Below, piece after piece: positions 48,899 through 61,240 of a stretch of 64,000 nt of DNA. The position numbers were made by a program, and so were the translations under genes. Source of the stretch: Bacilli bacterium (GTDB lineage: Bacteria; Bacillota_I; Bacilli_A; RFN20; CAG-826); assembly GCA_051872395.1 (NCBI GenBank), contig JBJEDU010000031.1, forward strand, positions 2,404 to 66,403, written 5' to 3'. Under the pieces are notes generated by a model. The model ran no database searches. It was not told the DNA's origin and saw only the letters and a program-made list of their open reading frames with translations. The stretch's first letter is position 1, and every line of letters begins with the position of its first letter.

Positions 48899-50272
48899 AT
48901 GAAACAAAAAGCAACTTTAATTAAGTATTTATTTGAATCCGTTAATGGTGAACATTTAAAGGAAGTATTAGTGCAAGGTTGGGTTAAAACCAATCGTGAT
49001 AATGGTTCCGTTGGTTTCATTGAATTAAATGATGGGTCAACCTTTAAAAATGTTCAATTAGTATATACTAAAGATACCCCAAATTATGAAATATTAACCG
49101 CTTTACGAACTGGTAGTTGTATTTCTTGTGTTGGTGAAGTCGTTTATACTCCAGAAATGAAGCAACCTTTAGAACTTCATGTTTTAAGTGTCAAATTAGA
49201 AGGCGATATCGAAGAAGATTATCCACTTCAAAAAAAGAGACACTCATTTGAATTTTTACGAGATATTGCTCATTTAAGAGTTAGAAGCAATACATTTAAC
49301 GCCGTATTTAGAGTGAGAAATGTTTTGACTATGGCCATTCATGAATTTTTCCAATCTCATGATTTTATGTATGTTCACACTCCAGACATTACTACAAATG
49401 ATGGGGAAGGTGCAGGAAATGTTTTTGATGTCGTTACCCATGACAATGAAGATGAAAATTCATTTTTTAATCATAAAGTAAATTTAACAGTGACTGGTCA
49501 ACTTCATGTTGAACCTTTCGCTTTAGCGTTTAGAAATGTTTATACTTTTGGACCAGTATTCCGGGCAGAACATTCTAACACTGTTCGACATGCTTCAGAA
49601 TTTTGGATGGTCGAACCTGAAATGGCGTTCGCGGATTTAAGCGATAATATGGATATTATTGAAGAATGTATTAAATATTGCATTAATACTGTTTTCACTA
49701 AATGTCCTGATGAAATGAATTTTTTCAATACAATGATTGATAAAACTTTGATTAAAAGATTAAAACTTGTAGCCTCTTCTTCTTTTAAAAGAATGACTTA
49801 TAGCGAGGCTATTGAATTATTGCTTAAAGCAAAAGAAGAAGGTGTTAAATTCGATAATCCTAATATTTATTGGGGTATGGATTTACAAAGTGAACACGAA
49901 AGATATATCACTGAAAAGATTGTTAATGGTCCAGTTTTCTTAATTAATTATCCAAAAGAAATTAAATCATTTTATATGCGTGAAAATGATGATGGAAAAA
50001 CAGTGGCAGCTTGTGATTTATTAGTGCCTGCTGTTGGCGAATTAGTGGGTGGTTCACAACGTGAAGAAAGAAAAGAAAAACTCGAAAAGAAAATGGATGA
50101 ACTTCATATCAAAGATGGTCTTGATTGGTATTTAGACACTCGTCGATACGGAGGATGTTATCATTCTGGATTTGGTATTGGATTCGACCGTTTATTAATG
50201 TATGTGACTGGAATGAACAATATTCGTGATGTTCAACCTTATCCTCGTAATTCAAATACGATAAAATATTAA
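48899..50272 (+). CDS. asnS: Asparagine--tRNA ligase
   Basis: Class IIb motifs FRAEHSNTVRHASEFWMVEPEMAF and GFGIGFDRL. 457 aa. Confidence 0.9.
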   Translation: MKQKATLIKYLFESVNGEHLKEVLVQGWVKTNRDNGSVGFIELNDGSTFKNVQLVYTKDTPNYEILTALRTGSCISCVGEVVYTPEMKQPLELHVLSVKLEGDIEEDYPLQKKRHSFEFLRDIAHLRVRSNTFNAVFRVRNVLTMAIHEFFQSHDFMYVHTPDITTNDGEGAGNVFDVVTHDNEDENSFFNHKVNLTVTGQLHVEPFALAFRNVYTFGPVFRAEHSNTVRHASEFWMVEPEMAFADLSDNMDIIEECIKYCINTVFTKCPDEMNFFNTMIDKTLIKRLKLVASSSFKRMTYSEAIELLLKAKEEGVKFDNPNIYWGMDLQSEHERYITEKIVNGPVFLINYPKEIKSFYMRENDDGKTVAACDLLVPAVGELVGGSQREERKEKLEKKMDELHIKDGLDWYLDTRRYGGCYHSGFGIGFDRLLMYVTGMNNIRDVQPYPRNSNTIKY

Positions 50273-50283
50273 TGTAAATAATT

Positions 50284-50430
50284 ATGAAAAAAGTAAAAGT
50301 ATATAGCGAAGACGAATTAGCGAGAATTAAAAAATCCCGATTTAGAATTATGTGTTTACTAATCGGAATCGATGTATTTTTACTTGTTTATTTAGTGATT
50401 GAAATAATAATGGTATTTGTTAAAAAATAA
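50284..50430 (+). CDS. Possible small single-TM protein (48 aa), absent from the ORF track
   Basis: Translates as MKKVKVYSEDELARIKKSRFRIMCLLIGIDVFLLVYLVIEIIMVFVKK. No clear SD, so coding status is uncertain. Confidence 0.3.
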   Translation: MKKVKVYSEDELARIKKSRFRIMCLLIGIDVFLLVYLVIEIIMVFVKK

Positions 50431-50437
50431 TTAAAAG

Positions 50438-51175
50438 TTAATTATTTGTTTCAGTATCTGCCGCGGATTCTTTCGCGGCTTTTTCTTTGTTTAATTCCTC
50501 TTTCGCGGAATCTATAACCATCGGATCAACTTTTGAATAATCATCTTGACGGAATCCATCTAATGATTTTTCAAATACTGAATGCACTAATTTGTATAAA
50601 CGATAACTTCTTGCAATTAAACATTGAACAGCGATTAAATACCACACCGCACCTACCAAGAATAGTGGTGCGAATATATATGAACCAATCGCACTGACTT
50701 CAAAGTGAGGGGTATTAAGTAAAGGTGGGAAATCACCAATAATGGTCATTCCAAAAAACTTAATATATATCGATGGTTCACTAAAATCCCAAAGGAAAAG
50801 TAATGTTGTAAAGCCAGTCTTTTTATAATCGAAGATGTTATAAGAGAAATCATCTAAGATAATGTCGTTAATTAATAAGGCGACAAAGGCTAAAATAATT
50901 AACAAAAATGGAATGGAAGCATTTTTAAAAAACTCTCTCCAATTTTTCTTTCTTCCATATCTTCTTAAATGTTTTTTATCGGTGACTACTTTCGCCACTA
51001 AAACATCGTGCACTAAAGTATCCATCTTTTTTCCTTGCCATTTCATTAATCTAGCGATTAACATTCCAATTAATCCAATGAGGACAAAGACTAATATAAA
51101 AATTAATAAGAAGGCAAAAATAACTCTCTTATCTGATTCACTTAGTTTCACTAAAAAATTCATACTAGTCATCAT
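50438..51175 (-). CDS. Hypothetical membrane protein
   Basis: Start placed at the ATGATG (51175/51172) preceded by GAGG, which overlaps the upstream stop. Several TM helices. No family recognised. Confidence 0.65.
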   Translation of the reverse strand: MMTSMNFLVKLSESDKRVIFAFLLIFILVFVLIGLIGMLIARLMKWQGKKMDTLVHDVLVAKVVTDKKHLRRYGRKKNWREFFKNASIPFLLIILAFVALLINDIILDDFSYNIFDYKKTGFTTLLFLWDFSEPSIYIKFFGMTIIGDFPPLLNTPHFEVSAIGSYIFAPLFLVGAVWYLIAVQCLIARSYRLYKLVHSVFEKSLDGFRQDDYSKVDPMVIDSAKEELNKEKAAKESAADTETNN

Positions 51176-51923
51176 CTTTGCCTCGATAACTATCAAAAGT
51201 TACCCCACTTGTGGTTTCTTCCTCATCTTCATCATCCATAGAAAAATCATAATCATCTTCATTTACTGAGGTTCCTTTTGGAGTGTAGAAATGGCTTTTA
51301 TTAGAAACTTGGTCAAGTGTTGTTTTATTAACTGGTTTATTTTCTTCTTGATAGATTTCATCTTCATGAGGAATTGGTTCTTCTAAAAAGTTATATTCTT
51401 CTTCCTCTTCTATTTCATCTTCGTTAATTATTTCTTCATTATTTACTTCTATTTGTTTACTTGTTTTAGAAGGGTTTCGAGAAATATGAATAATATTTTC
51501 ATCTTCCTCTTTTTTATCGATAAACGGGATTTGTTCAACAGAATTATTTTCAAGTGGTAATCGATTATTTTCAACTTGATCAATGACATCTTTCGCGGTC
51601 ATGTTTTTAAATTTTTCTTCAGAGACAATAATAATATTATTAGTGGTCGTATTAGTCTCATTGACTGTTTGTCCACCAGTCTTCGCAGCGATAATCTTTT
51701 GATGAATGTCTTTACTTTTATGCAAAATTAAATCTGCTTCGATATCTTCCTCTAAAGGAGAAAAAATGGTTTTTGCTTTAAAAAATAATATGACACTTTT
51801 AATTGATAAATATAAAAGGATAAAAACTCCAACGACACTATAAAGGGCTAATAAAAGCACGATAAAAGGAAGAAAAATTACATATAACACTCCTCGACCA
51901 AAGCTTTTAAAAAATCCTGACAT
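51165..51923 (-). CDS. Hypothetical membrane protein with long acidic C-terminal tail
   Basis: Two N-terminal TM helices are followed by an E/D/N-rich low-complexity region. No family recognised. Confidence 0.65.
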   Translation of the reverse strand: MSGFFKSFGRGVLYVIFLPFIVLLLALYSVVGVFILLYLSIKSVILFFKAKTIFSPLEEDIEADLILHKSKDIHQKIIAAKTGGQTVNETNTTTNNIIIVSEEKFKNMTAKDVIDQVENNRLPLENNSVEQIPFIDKKEEDENIIHISRNPSKTSKQIEVNNEEIINEDEIEEEEEYNFLEEPIPHEDEIYQEENKPVNKTTLDQVSNKSHFYTPKGTSVNEDDYDFSMDDEDEEETTSGVTFDSYRGKDDD

Positions 51924-51939
51924 AAATTACCTAGTAAAT

Positions 51940-52872
51940 CTATTTTATATTTATTTTCTTTTTAAATAAATATTTATTAGTAAATGCAACAACATCGAAA
52001 AGAATAAATAAAATTTGAATGAGTAATAGCCCATATGGATTATTTATTTTTTCATAAAATAAACCAAATAAAATGATAAAAACAAAGAAAGAAAAAATGT
52101 AACCTATATATAAAAATGTGCGTTTGTTTTTAAAAGAATCAATAAAAACATAAACGAAGAAATATAAACCAAAAAACATAAATAAATATGAAAGTGGTCC
52201 AAAAATATATTTATCAGCGATTGGTTCTTTAATAAAAGAAAGTATTAATGAAATTAAGGAAAATATAACGATTACTAACATATAAACATATGGCTTAATT
52301 TTATTGTCATTAACATTATAATCAAACTTCACTAATTCATCTTTGATGATAATAAAAGATAAACTAATTTGAGTTAAAGATAAAAAGAAAATGAAAGAAT
52401 ATGAGATGAAATCTAAATATTTATAATTATTTAAATTCACTATTGAAGCGAAGACACTGATGATATCAATATGTAATAAAACATCAATTAAAGGAATTGA
52501 TAAAATAGTTAAAATGGTTTGAATAATACTCGAAATAAAGATGATTAAAGATGAATGAACTTTATGTAATAAAAGAACTCCAAAAATAAAACCAGATATC
52601 AAAGAAGGAATGACATAAAATAGTGTGTCTGAAATGTTATAAATAGTGACTAATAGACATAGTGTTATAGTGACAAAAGCGTATATTAAAAAATATCGTT
52701 TTTTGCAGTATAAAGTTACGATTGTACTAGTTAAAGGTAAAACAAAAACGATTAAGATAACTAAAACTGGCGATAAACTAGTTAATAAAACAAAAACGAC
52801 ATTTATCGCGGCCATAACCGCCATATAGACAATATTATCGACAAGTTTTTCTTTCTTGGTAAAAAATTTCAT
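51940..52872 (-). CDS. Hypothetical polytopic membrane protein (310 aa)
   Basis: About 8 hydrophobic helices. First gene of a three-gene minus-strand operon. No family recognised. Confidence 0.65.
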   Translation of the reverse strand: MKFFTKKEKLVDNIVYMAVMAAINVVFVLLTSLSPVLVILIVFVLPLTSTIVTLYCKKRYFLIYAFVTITLCLLVTIYNISDTLFYVIPSLISGFIFGVLLLHKVHSSLIIFISSIIQTILTILSIPLIDVLLHIDIISVFASIVNLNNYKYLDFISYSFIFFLSLTQISLSFIIIKDELVKFDYNVNDNKIKPYVYMLVIVIFSLISLILSFIKEPIADKYIFGPLSYLFMFFGLYFFVYVFIDSFKNKRTFLYIGYIFSFFVFIILFGLFYEKINNPYGLLLIQILFILFDVVAFTNKYLFKKKINIK

Positions 52873-52989
52873 AAAATCGTATAAGTTAATTTTACATTAA
52901 AAATAATATATTTGTGATATTTTCAATAGTCAGGATAATTATTAAATTTATTTTTAATCAAAATCAATAATTTGCCCTATATAAATAAT

Positions 52990-53445
52990 ATGAAGCATTT
53001 TCCTTTCATATTTACTATTTTACTATTACCAATTTTTACTTCCTGTCATAAAAATAATGATGAATCTAGTTTATTAAATAACGCTAAAAATCATTCATAT
53101 GAAGAAGTAAAAGATTATTTTATAACCTTTGATGAAATCTTTTTAAAAGAAGAATATTCATATTATGTATATTTCTTTTCATATCAATGTGTTCATTGTA
53201 ACAACATTAAAAACGAAGTTATTGAATATGCATTAAATGAAAATAATGAACGTATATATTTCATCCATTTTGAATCTGATTTTCCTCGATGTGACGATAT
53301 TCATTTCTCTTTAGTGGGCATTAATAAAATTGAAGATGTTTGTTTAGTAGGCACGCCCTCACTATTAGAAATAAAAGATAAACAAATAAGTGAATATCGA
53401 CTTGGAGAAGAAGAGGTAATTTCTCTTTTATTAAACAAGCAATAA
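52990..53445 (+). CDS. Thioredoxin-fold lipoprotein with CxxC motif
   Basis: Lipobox PIFTS|C and redox motif YQCVHCNNIK, with a thioredoxin-like layout. ATG 52990 is preferred over TTG 52972. Confidence 0.65.
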   Translation: MKHFPFIFTILLLPIFTSCHKNNDESSLLNNAKNHSYEEVKDYFITFDEIFLKEEYSYYVYFFSYQCVHCNNIKNEVIEYALNENNERIYFIHFESDFPRCDDIHFSLVGINKIEDVCLVGTPSLLEIKDKQISEYRLGEEEVISLLLNKQ

Positions 53446-53662
53446 TTCAAAACTATTTAATGACTATATTTATGATATTTTTCTTGAAAGAAGAATAGCT
53501 TACAAATGATAAAATAGGTGTCAAATTTGGAAGACAATAAATTTCACAGTGTTTAGTCAGATTAAAGACCTTAAAACCCAATCGAACAGTGGTAGCGCAC
53601 CTTAAAACGCTTTTTTATTTATTATAGGTCTATTTCGTGATAATATATTGAATACAATATAT

Positions 53663-55903
53663 ATGGACTATAAAAAAGAATTAAATGATAAACAATATGA
53701 AGCGGTAAGCTCCACTAAACAATACTTAAGAATTATTGCTGGTGCAGGAAGTGGAAAAACGCGTGTTTTAACATATCGTATCGCTTATTTAATCGAGAAC
53801 ATGGATGTCTTTCCAAGTGAAATTTTAGCGATTACTTTTACCAACAAAGTTGCGAATGAAATGAAGGAAAGATTAGCGAAATTAGTGAGCAAAGATTTTA
53901 AAAACTTGCTCATTAAAACCTTCCATTCTTTTTGTTGCTATTTCTTAAGAAGAGAAATTGGAGCGATTTCTTTTCCAAGAAATTTTGTCATTCTCGATGA
54001 AGAAGACCAAACAAAAATTATTAAAGATATCGCTAGCGAACTCAGTTATCGTCGTTCTGATCCAATTGTCAATAAAGCCCTTCATTATATTTCAAACAAT
54101 AAACTACATAATAAATATCCAGATGATATTAATACCTCTTCATTTATTAGTGATGAAGAAAAAGCATGTTTTAAATTTTATGAATTATATGAAGAAAAGA
54201 AAAATCTTTTATTCGCTTTAGATTTTGATGATTTGATTTTAAAAACGATATATATTTTGGAACATTTTATCGATATTAGAATTCGTTGGTCTAATTATTT
54301 TACTCACATTCTCGTTGATGAATTTCAAGATACCAACGATGTCGAATATAAATTACTTAAACTACTCTGTTCTCCACATACTTCTTTGTATGTCGTTGGT
54401 GATCCAGACCAGACCATCTATACTTGGAGAGGCGCGAATCAAGACATCATCTTAAATTTCGATAAAAACTTTAAAGGTAATCAAACAATTGTTTTAGAAA
54501 GAAATTATCGTAGTACTAGAAACATTCTTGATAGTGCGAATAAACTCATTGGTCACAATAAAATGAGAATCAAAAAAGATTTGTTTTCATTAAATGAAAT
54601 TGGCGACCCAATTATTATAAATGCGTCCTCAACTTCAAAAAGTGAAGCGCGTTATGTCGTCAGTGAGATTAAAAGGTTAAAATCAATCGATGCATATGAC
54701 TATCGAGATATTGCCGTTTTATATCGCTCTAACTATGTGTCGATGGAATTTGAACAAGAGTTAGTGAGTAAAAATGTTCCTTATCGAATTTACGGTGGTT
54801 TAAAGTTTTATCAACGAAAAGAAATCAAGGACGTTTTAGCGTATTTCCATCTCGTTTCAAACGTTAAAGATGATATTTCTTTTGAACGTATTATGAACGT
54901 TCCTCGTCGTGGTATCGGTTCTCAAACTCAAGATATTATCAAAAAAGAAGCGATAGAAAATCATATGTCGATGTATGAATATATTGCTTCTATCGATATT
55001 TCAAATCATCAATCTGAGATACCTAATCGCACGATTAACGCTTTGAAATTGATGATTTATCAAATTGATAAAGCCAGAGAAGAAATAAATAAAGACGAAG
55101 AAGTATTTTCTAAAATCTTAGAAGATATGATTACTTATTTTGGATATTTTGAATATCTCAAAAAAGAAGATGATGCGGATGACCGCATATCAAACGTCAA
55201 AGCATTATTTACTGATTTGCGTAGTTATTTACATAACAATCCAGAATCTTCTTTTGACGAATATTTACAAAACATTGCTTTGATATCCGCGCAGGATGAA
55301 TTAATTGATGGAGATTATGTCACACTTATGACTGCCCATACCGCGAAAGGATTAGAATATCCAGTCATCTTTGTCGTAAGGTTCAATAATGGAGTTTTCC
55401 CTAATAATCGAGCGTTATTAGAAAGTGGATTTACTGCCTTAGAGGAAGAGCGTCGTTTAGCGTACGTTGCTTTTACTAGAGCAAAAAAGAAATTATATAT
55501 AACATATAATACCGATTATAATTATGTTGTTGGGGGAGTTCTTCAACCCAGTTCATTTATTAGTGAAAGTGGTAATAACACTAATCGAAATTCTATCAAT
55601 AATTTTTATTCATCATCAAATAAGAAAAAAGAATATCATTTTTATGATGATGACACTCCATTTAACTTCTCTCAACTAAACGAAGAAAGAGAATATAAAA
55701 AAGAAAATAAACCTTCGATTAAAAGCCAATTATCTAATAATGGAAACTCTATTGAATGGAAAGTTGGAGATAGTTTAATTCATCAAACTTTAGGAAGAGG
55801 AAAAGTTATCGAATTAGAGGGAGATGGAATCATTAAAGTTGATTTTGAAAATAATGGAATTAAATCAATATTAGGAAATCACAAAATGGTGAAGAAAGGA
55901 TAA
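53663..55903 (+). CDS. pcrA: ATP-dependent DNA helicase PcrA (UvrD family)
   Basis: LNDKQYEAV, Walker A AGAGSGKT, DEFQDTN and VGDPDQTIYTWRGA motifs. The C-terminal EWKVGDSLIHQTLGRGKV is a Tudor-like tail. ATG 53663 is preferred over TTG 53648. Confidence 0.93.
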   Translation: MDYKKELNDKQYEAVSSTKQYLRIIAGAGSGKTRVLTYRIAYLIENMDVFPSEILAITFTNKVANEMKERLAKLVSKDFKNLLIKTFHSFCCYFLRREIGAISFPRNFVILDEEDQTKIIKDIASELSYRRSDPIVNKALHYISNNKLHNKYPDDINTSSFISDEEKACFKFYELYEEKKNLLFALDFDDLILKTIYILEHFIDIRIRWSNYFTHILVDEFQDTNDVEYKLLKLLCSPHTSLYVVGDPDQTIYTWRGANQDIILNFDKNFKGNQTIVLERNYRSTRNILDSANKLIGHNKMRIKKDLFSLNEIGDPIIINASSTSKSEARYVVSEIKRLKSIDAYDYRDIAVLYRSNYVSMEFEQELVSKNVPYRIYGGLKFYQRKEIKDVLAYFHLVSNVKDDISFERIMNVPRRGIGSQTQDIIKKEAIENHMSMYEYIASIDISNHQSEIPNRTINALKLMIYQIDKAREEINKDEEVFSKILEDMITYFGYFEYLKKEDDADDRISNVKALFTDLRSYLHNNPESSFDEYLQNIALISAQDELIDGDYVTLMTAHTAKGLEYPVIFVVRFNNGVFPNNRALLESGFTALEEERRLAYVAFTRAKKKLYITYNTDYNYVVGGVLQPSSFISESGNNTNRNSINNFYSSSNKKKEYHFYDDDTPFNFSQLNEEREYKKENKPSIKSQLSNNGNSIEWKVGDSLIHQTLGRGKVIELEGDGIIKVDFENNGIKSILGNHKMVKKG

Positions 55904-57901
<1,998 letters not shown>

Positions 57902-57962
57902 AAGGAAATATTTCGTATATTAAATAGAAAGAAATTATCTTATTTTTGAAATGAACTTTATA

Positions 57963-57991
57963 TTTAAATAAATATATCAATTTGTTATAAT
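57963..57991 (+). promoter_or_regulatory. Candidate sigma-A promoter for gatCAB (TTTAAA-17 nt-TATAAT with TG extension)
   Basis: The motifs read directly as TTTAAA at 57963-57968 and TGTTATAAT ending at 57991, about 25 nt upstream of the gatC ATG. Confidence 0.4.
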
Positions 57992-58016
57992 CACAAAAGA
58001 AAAGAAGTAATCGATT

Positions 58017-58313
58017 ATGAAAAAAGTTACGATTGATGTATTAAAAGAATCAGCGAAAAAGTTATTGTTTGATATGAGTGAAGAAGAATATCAAACATTA
58101 TTTGAAGAATTTAGTATTATTACTAAACAAATGGAATTGATTTCAACGATTGAAAATGTTGATAATGTTGAACCAATGACTTTTCCTTTTGAATGTAGTG
58201 TCGACTATCTAAGAGAAGATGTCGCAAGCGAATGCTTGAGTCAAGAAGACGCGCTTAAGAACGCAAAAGATGTTGTTGATGGTCAAATTAGACTACCAAA
58301 AGTCGTGGGGTAA
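58017..58313 (+). CDS. gatC: Glutamyl/aspartyl-tRNA amidotransferase subunit C
   Basis: 98 aa, immediately precedes gatA and gatB. Confidence 0.88.
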   Translation: MKKVTIDVLKESAKKLLFDMSEEEYQTLFEEFSIITKQMELISTIENVDNVEPMTFPFECSVDYLREDVASECLSQEDALKNAKDVVDGQIRLPKVVG

Positions 58314-58319
58314 TAGGCG

Positions 58320-59789
58320 ATGGAAAATAAAAAAGATTATTTACATATGTCACTTGTCGACATGCATAACGCTTTAGTTAATAAAGAAATTACTCCTTTT
58401 GAATTAGTTAGTCTTTCTTTATCCGCTATTAAGAAAGATAAAAATAATGCTTATGAAATAATATTAGAAGAGTCCGCTTTAGAGGAAGCTAAAAAACTTA
58501 GCGAAGTTGAAATAGATAACCTCTTTTGGGGAATTCCATATGTTTTAAAAGATAATTTTTCTACTGAAGGAATTTTAACGACAGGATCGAGCAATATCCT
58601 TAATGGATATGTTCCTGTCTATTCTGCAACAGTCTATAAAAAACTAAAAGAAAAACACGCTATTTTAGTCGCTAAAGCGACATTAGATGAATTAGCGATG
58701 GGTGGAACTGGCACGACTGGTCATAAAGGGAAAACTTATAACCCATATGATAAATCACACACTCATCAAGTGGGTGGTTCTAGTTGTGGTAGTGCGGTCG
58801 CAGTTTCTAGTGGGGTAGTACCTTTTGCTTTAGGAAGCGATACAGGTGATAGTGTTAGAAAACCAGCTTCTTACGCTGGACTAGTTGGTTTTAAACCTTC
58901 ATGGGGAAGAATATCTCGCTTTGGTTTATTCCCATTCGCTCCTTCTTTAGACCATGTCGCTTATTTTACTCGTAATGTTTATGATAGTGCACTTTTATTA
59001 TCCCTTTTAGCGGGTCGTGATATGAATGATTCCACTTCGTCAAATAAAGAAGTGATCGATTATTCTATAAAAATTAATGATGATGTTTCTTCTTATAAGG
59101 TTGCAGTTATCAAAGAGATTATTGATTCTATCGATGATAGTGATATCAAAAATGCTTTCTTTAATTCTATTAATAACCTCAAATCTTTAGGTGTCACTGT
59201 GGAGATGGTTTCTTTTGATATTAACTTATTAAAAGCCATATATCCTTCTTATATCGTTATTTCTTGCGCGGAAGCGACAAGTAATAACGCAAATTTAGAT
59301 GGTATTAAATTCGGTCCTCGTTATCAAGGTAATACGTATGAAGAAGTGATGGAAAAAGCTAGAACTAATGGTTTTAGCGAATTGATTAGAAGAAGATTCG
59401 TTATTGGTTCTTATTCGTTATTAAAAGAAAATCAAAATGAATTATTTTTAAGAGCACAAAAATGTCGAAGATTGATTGTTAATGAAGTTAATCGAATATT
59501 ATCAACTTATGATTTTATTTATTTACCTGCTTCACCTACTACCGCTCCAACATTTGCCTCTAGCAGCGATAAATTATCAAATGAATATCTTATCGCTGAT
59601 AACCATCTCGCTTTAGCGAACTTCGCTGGTTTACCTTCGATTACTCTTCCAATTGGAATGAAAGATGGTTTACCTTTTGGAGCGAATTTTACTTCTCGCG
59701 CTTTTGAAGAAGATAAAGTTTTAAATATCGCTCATGCGTTAGAGGCGACACTTCCATATAAAAATATGTACGCGAAGGAGGATGAATAA
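58320..59789 (+). CDS. gatA: Glutamyl/aspartyl-tRNA amidotransferase subunit A
   Basis: Amidase signature GGSSCGSAVAV...GSDTGDSVRKPA. Confidence 0.95.
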   Translation: MENKKDYLHMSLVDMHNALVNKEITPFELVSLSLSAIKKDKNNAYEIILEESALEEAKKLSEVEIDNLFWGIPYVLKDNFSTEGILTTGSSNILNGYVPVYSATVYKKLKEKHAILVAKATLDELAMGGTGTTGHKGKTYNPYDKSHTHQVGGSSCGSAVAVSSGVVPFALGSDTGDSVRKPASYAGLVGFKPSWGRISRFGLFPFAPSLDHVAYFTRNVYDSALLLSLLAGRDMNDSTSSNKEVIDYSIKINDDVSSYKVAVIKEIIDSIDDSDIKNAFFNSINNLKSLGVTVEMVSFDINLLKAIYPSYIVISCAEATSNNANLDGIKFGPRYQGNTYEEVMEKARTNGFSELIRRRFVIGSYSLLKENQNELFLRAQKCRRLIVNEVNRILSTYDFIYLPASPTTAPTFASSSDKLSNEYLIADNHLALANFAGLPSITLPIGMKDGLPFGANFTSRAFEEDKVLNIAHALEATLPYKNMYAKEDE

Positions 59790-59793
59790 CTAT

Positions 59794-61221
59794 ATGAATT
59801 TCGAAGCAGTTATTGGTTTAGAAATCCATGTTGAAATGAAAACAAAATCTAAAATGTTTTCATCTTCACCTGTTAAATTTGGTGAAACTCCAAATACTTT
59901 AGTCACTCCTTTAGATATGGCTTTTCCTGGAACGATGCCAGTCGTTAATAAACAAGCAGTCATAAACGCGATAAGGGTGTGTCATGCTTTAAATATGACT
60001 ATTGACCATGAATTATGGTTTGATAGAAAAAATTATTTTTATAGTGATTTACCAAAAGGTTATCAAATTACCCAACAAGCGCGTCCAATTGGTAAAGAAG
60101 GATATTTAATTGTCTCAACCAAAGATGGAGAAAGAAAAATAGAAATTGAAAGACTCCATATGGAAGAAGATACTTGTAAACAACTCCATTCGTGGGATTG
60201 TTCCCTTTTAGACTATAATCGCGCTGGTATTCCACTTATTGAGATTGTTTCTAAACCAGATATTAGAACGGGAGAAGAAGCGATGAAATATGTTGAAAAG
60301 ATTCGCTCTATCGTTTCTTTTTTAGGAGTATCAGATGGCAAGATGGAGGAAGGTTCACTTCGCTGTGATGTCAATATTTCTATTCGACCAGTCGGAAGTG
60401 AAAAACTTGGAACAAAAGTTGAAATTAAAAACTTAAATAGTATCGCAAATGTCGAAAAAGCTATCAATTATGAATTTAATAGACAAGTTAGTCTCGTATT
60501 AAACGGTGAAGAAGTTGGACAAGAGACGAGAAGATTTGATGAAGGTAAAAAAGAAACAGTATTGATGAGAGTAAAAACTGATGCAGTAGATTACAAATAT
60601 TTTACTGAACCAAATATTACTCCAATTAAACTAAGTGATGAATTTATTAATAATGCGATAAAAACTTCAAACGAATTAGCGGATTCACGTTTAGCGAGAT
60701 ATCACAAATTAGGACTTAATGATTATGATTCTTCTTTACTCATTCAAGATATAGAAGTCTCTGACTATTTTGATGATATTTTAAAGTGTGGTGCAAGTGC
60801 AAAAGTCGCTGCAAACTGGGTTAATGTCGATATTCAATCTATCTTAAATAAAAACAATATTTCTATTAGTGATTTTCCTGTTTCTTCTAGTAAGATGGCG
60901 ACTTTAATTAAAGCCTTAGATTCTAATAAAATCACTAATAAACAAGCAAGAGAAATATTTAATAAATTATTAATTAATAATAATTTTGATTTAGATAACG
61001 CAATTAAAGAATTATCTTCATCACTCATTTCTAGTGATGATGAACTTCAAAGAATCATTAATGAAATTATTGATAATAATCCTCAATCAGTTATTGATTA
61101 CAAAGCTGGAAAAGATCGCGCAGTGGGATTTTTAATGGGTCAATTAATGAAAAGAACCCAAGGAAAAGTTAACCCTTCTGTAGCCAATAAAATGATTGTT
61201 GAACAATTAAAAAATAGATAA
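59794..61221 (+). CDS. gatB: Glutamyl/aspartyl-tRNA amidotransferase subunit B
   Basis: The canonical N-terminus MNFEAVIGLEIHVE begins at ATG 59794. ATG 59782 abuts the GGAGG SD with no spacer. Confidence 0.93.
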   Translation: MNFEAVIGLEIHVEMKTKSKMFSSSPVKFGETPNTLVTPLDMAFPGTMPVVNKQAVINAIRVCHALNMTIDHELWFDRKNYFYSDLPKGYQITQQARPIGKEGYLIVSTKDGERKIEIERLHMEEDTCKQLHSWDCSLLDYNRAGIPLIEIVSKPDIRTGEEAMKYVEKIRSIVSFLGVSDGKMEEGSLRCDVNISIRPVGSEKLGTKVEIKNLNSIANVEKAINYEFNRQVSLVLNGEEVGQETRRFDEGKKETVLMRVKTDAVDYKYFTEPNITPIKLSDEFINNAIKTSNELADSRLARYHKLGLNDYDSSLLIQDIEVSDYFDDILKCGASAKVAANWVNVDIQSILNKNNISISDFPVSSSKMATLIKALDSNKITNKQAREIFNKLLINNNFDLDNAIKELSSSLISSDDELQRIINEIIDNNPQSVIDYKAGKDRAVGFLMGQLMKRTQGKVNPSVANKMIVEQLKNR

Positions 61222-61240
61222 AAAGATGAGGTGATATTTT

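Noticed and set aside
53446-53662. The 217-nt AT-rich intergenic region upstream of pcrA was considered as a possible sRNA or riboswitch. It contains the hairpin TGTCAAATTT...AAATTTCACA and a weak GC stem before TTTTTT near 53615.
   Set aside because: I recognise no conserved riboswitch core (TPP, preQ1, SAM, T-box and others). The stems are short and AU-rich, and the promoter-like hexamers have poor spacing. It is probably just the pcrA promoter and leader. An Rfam scan could still be run.
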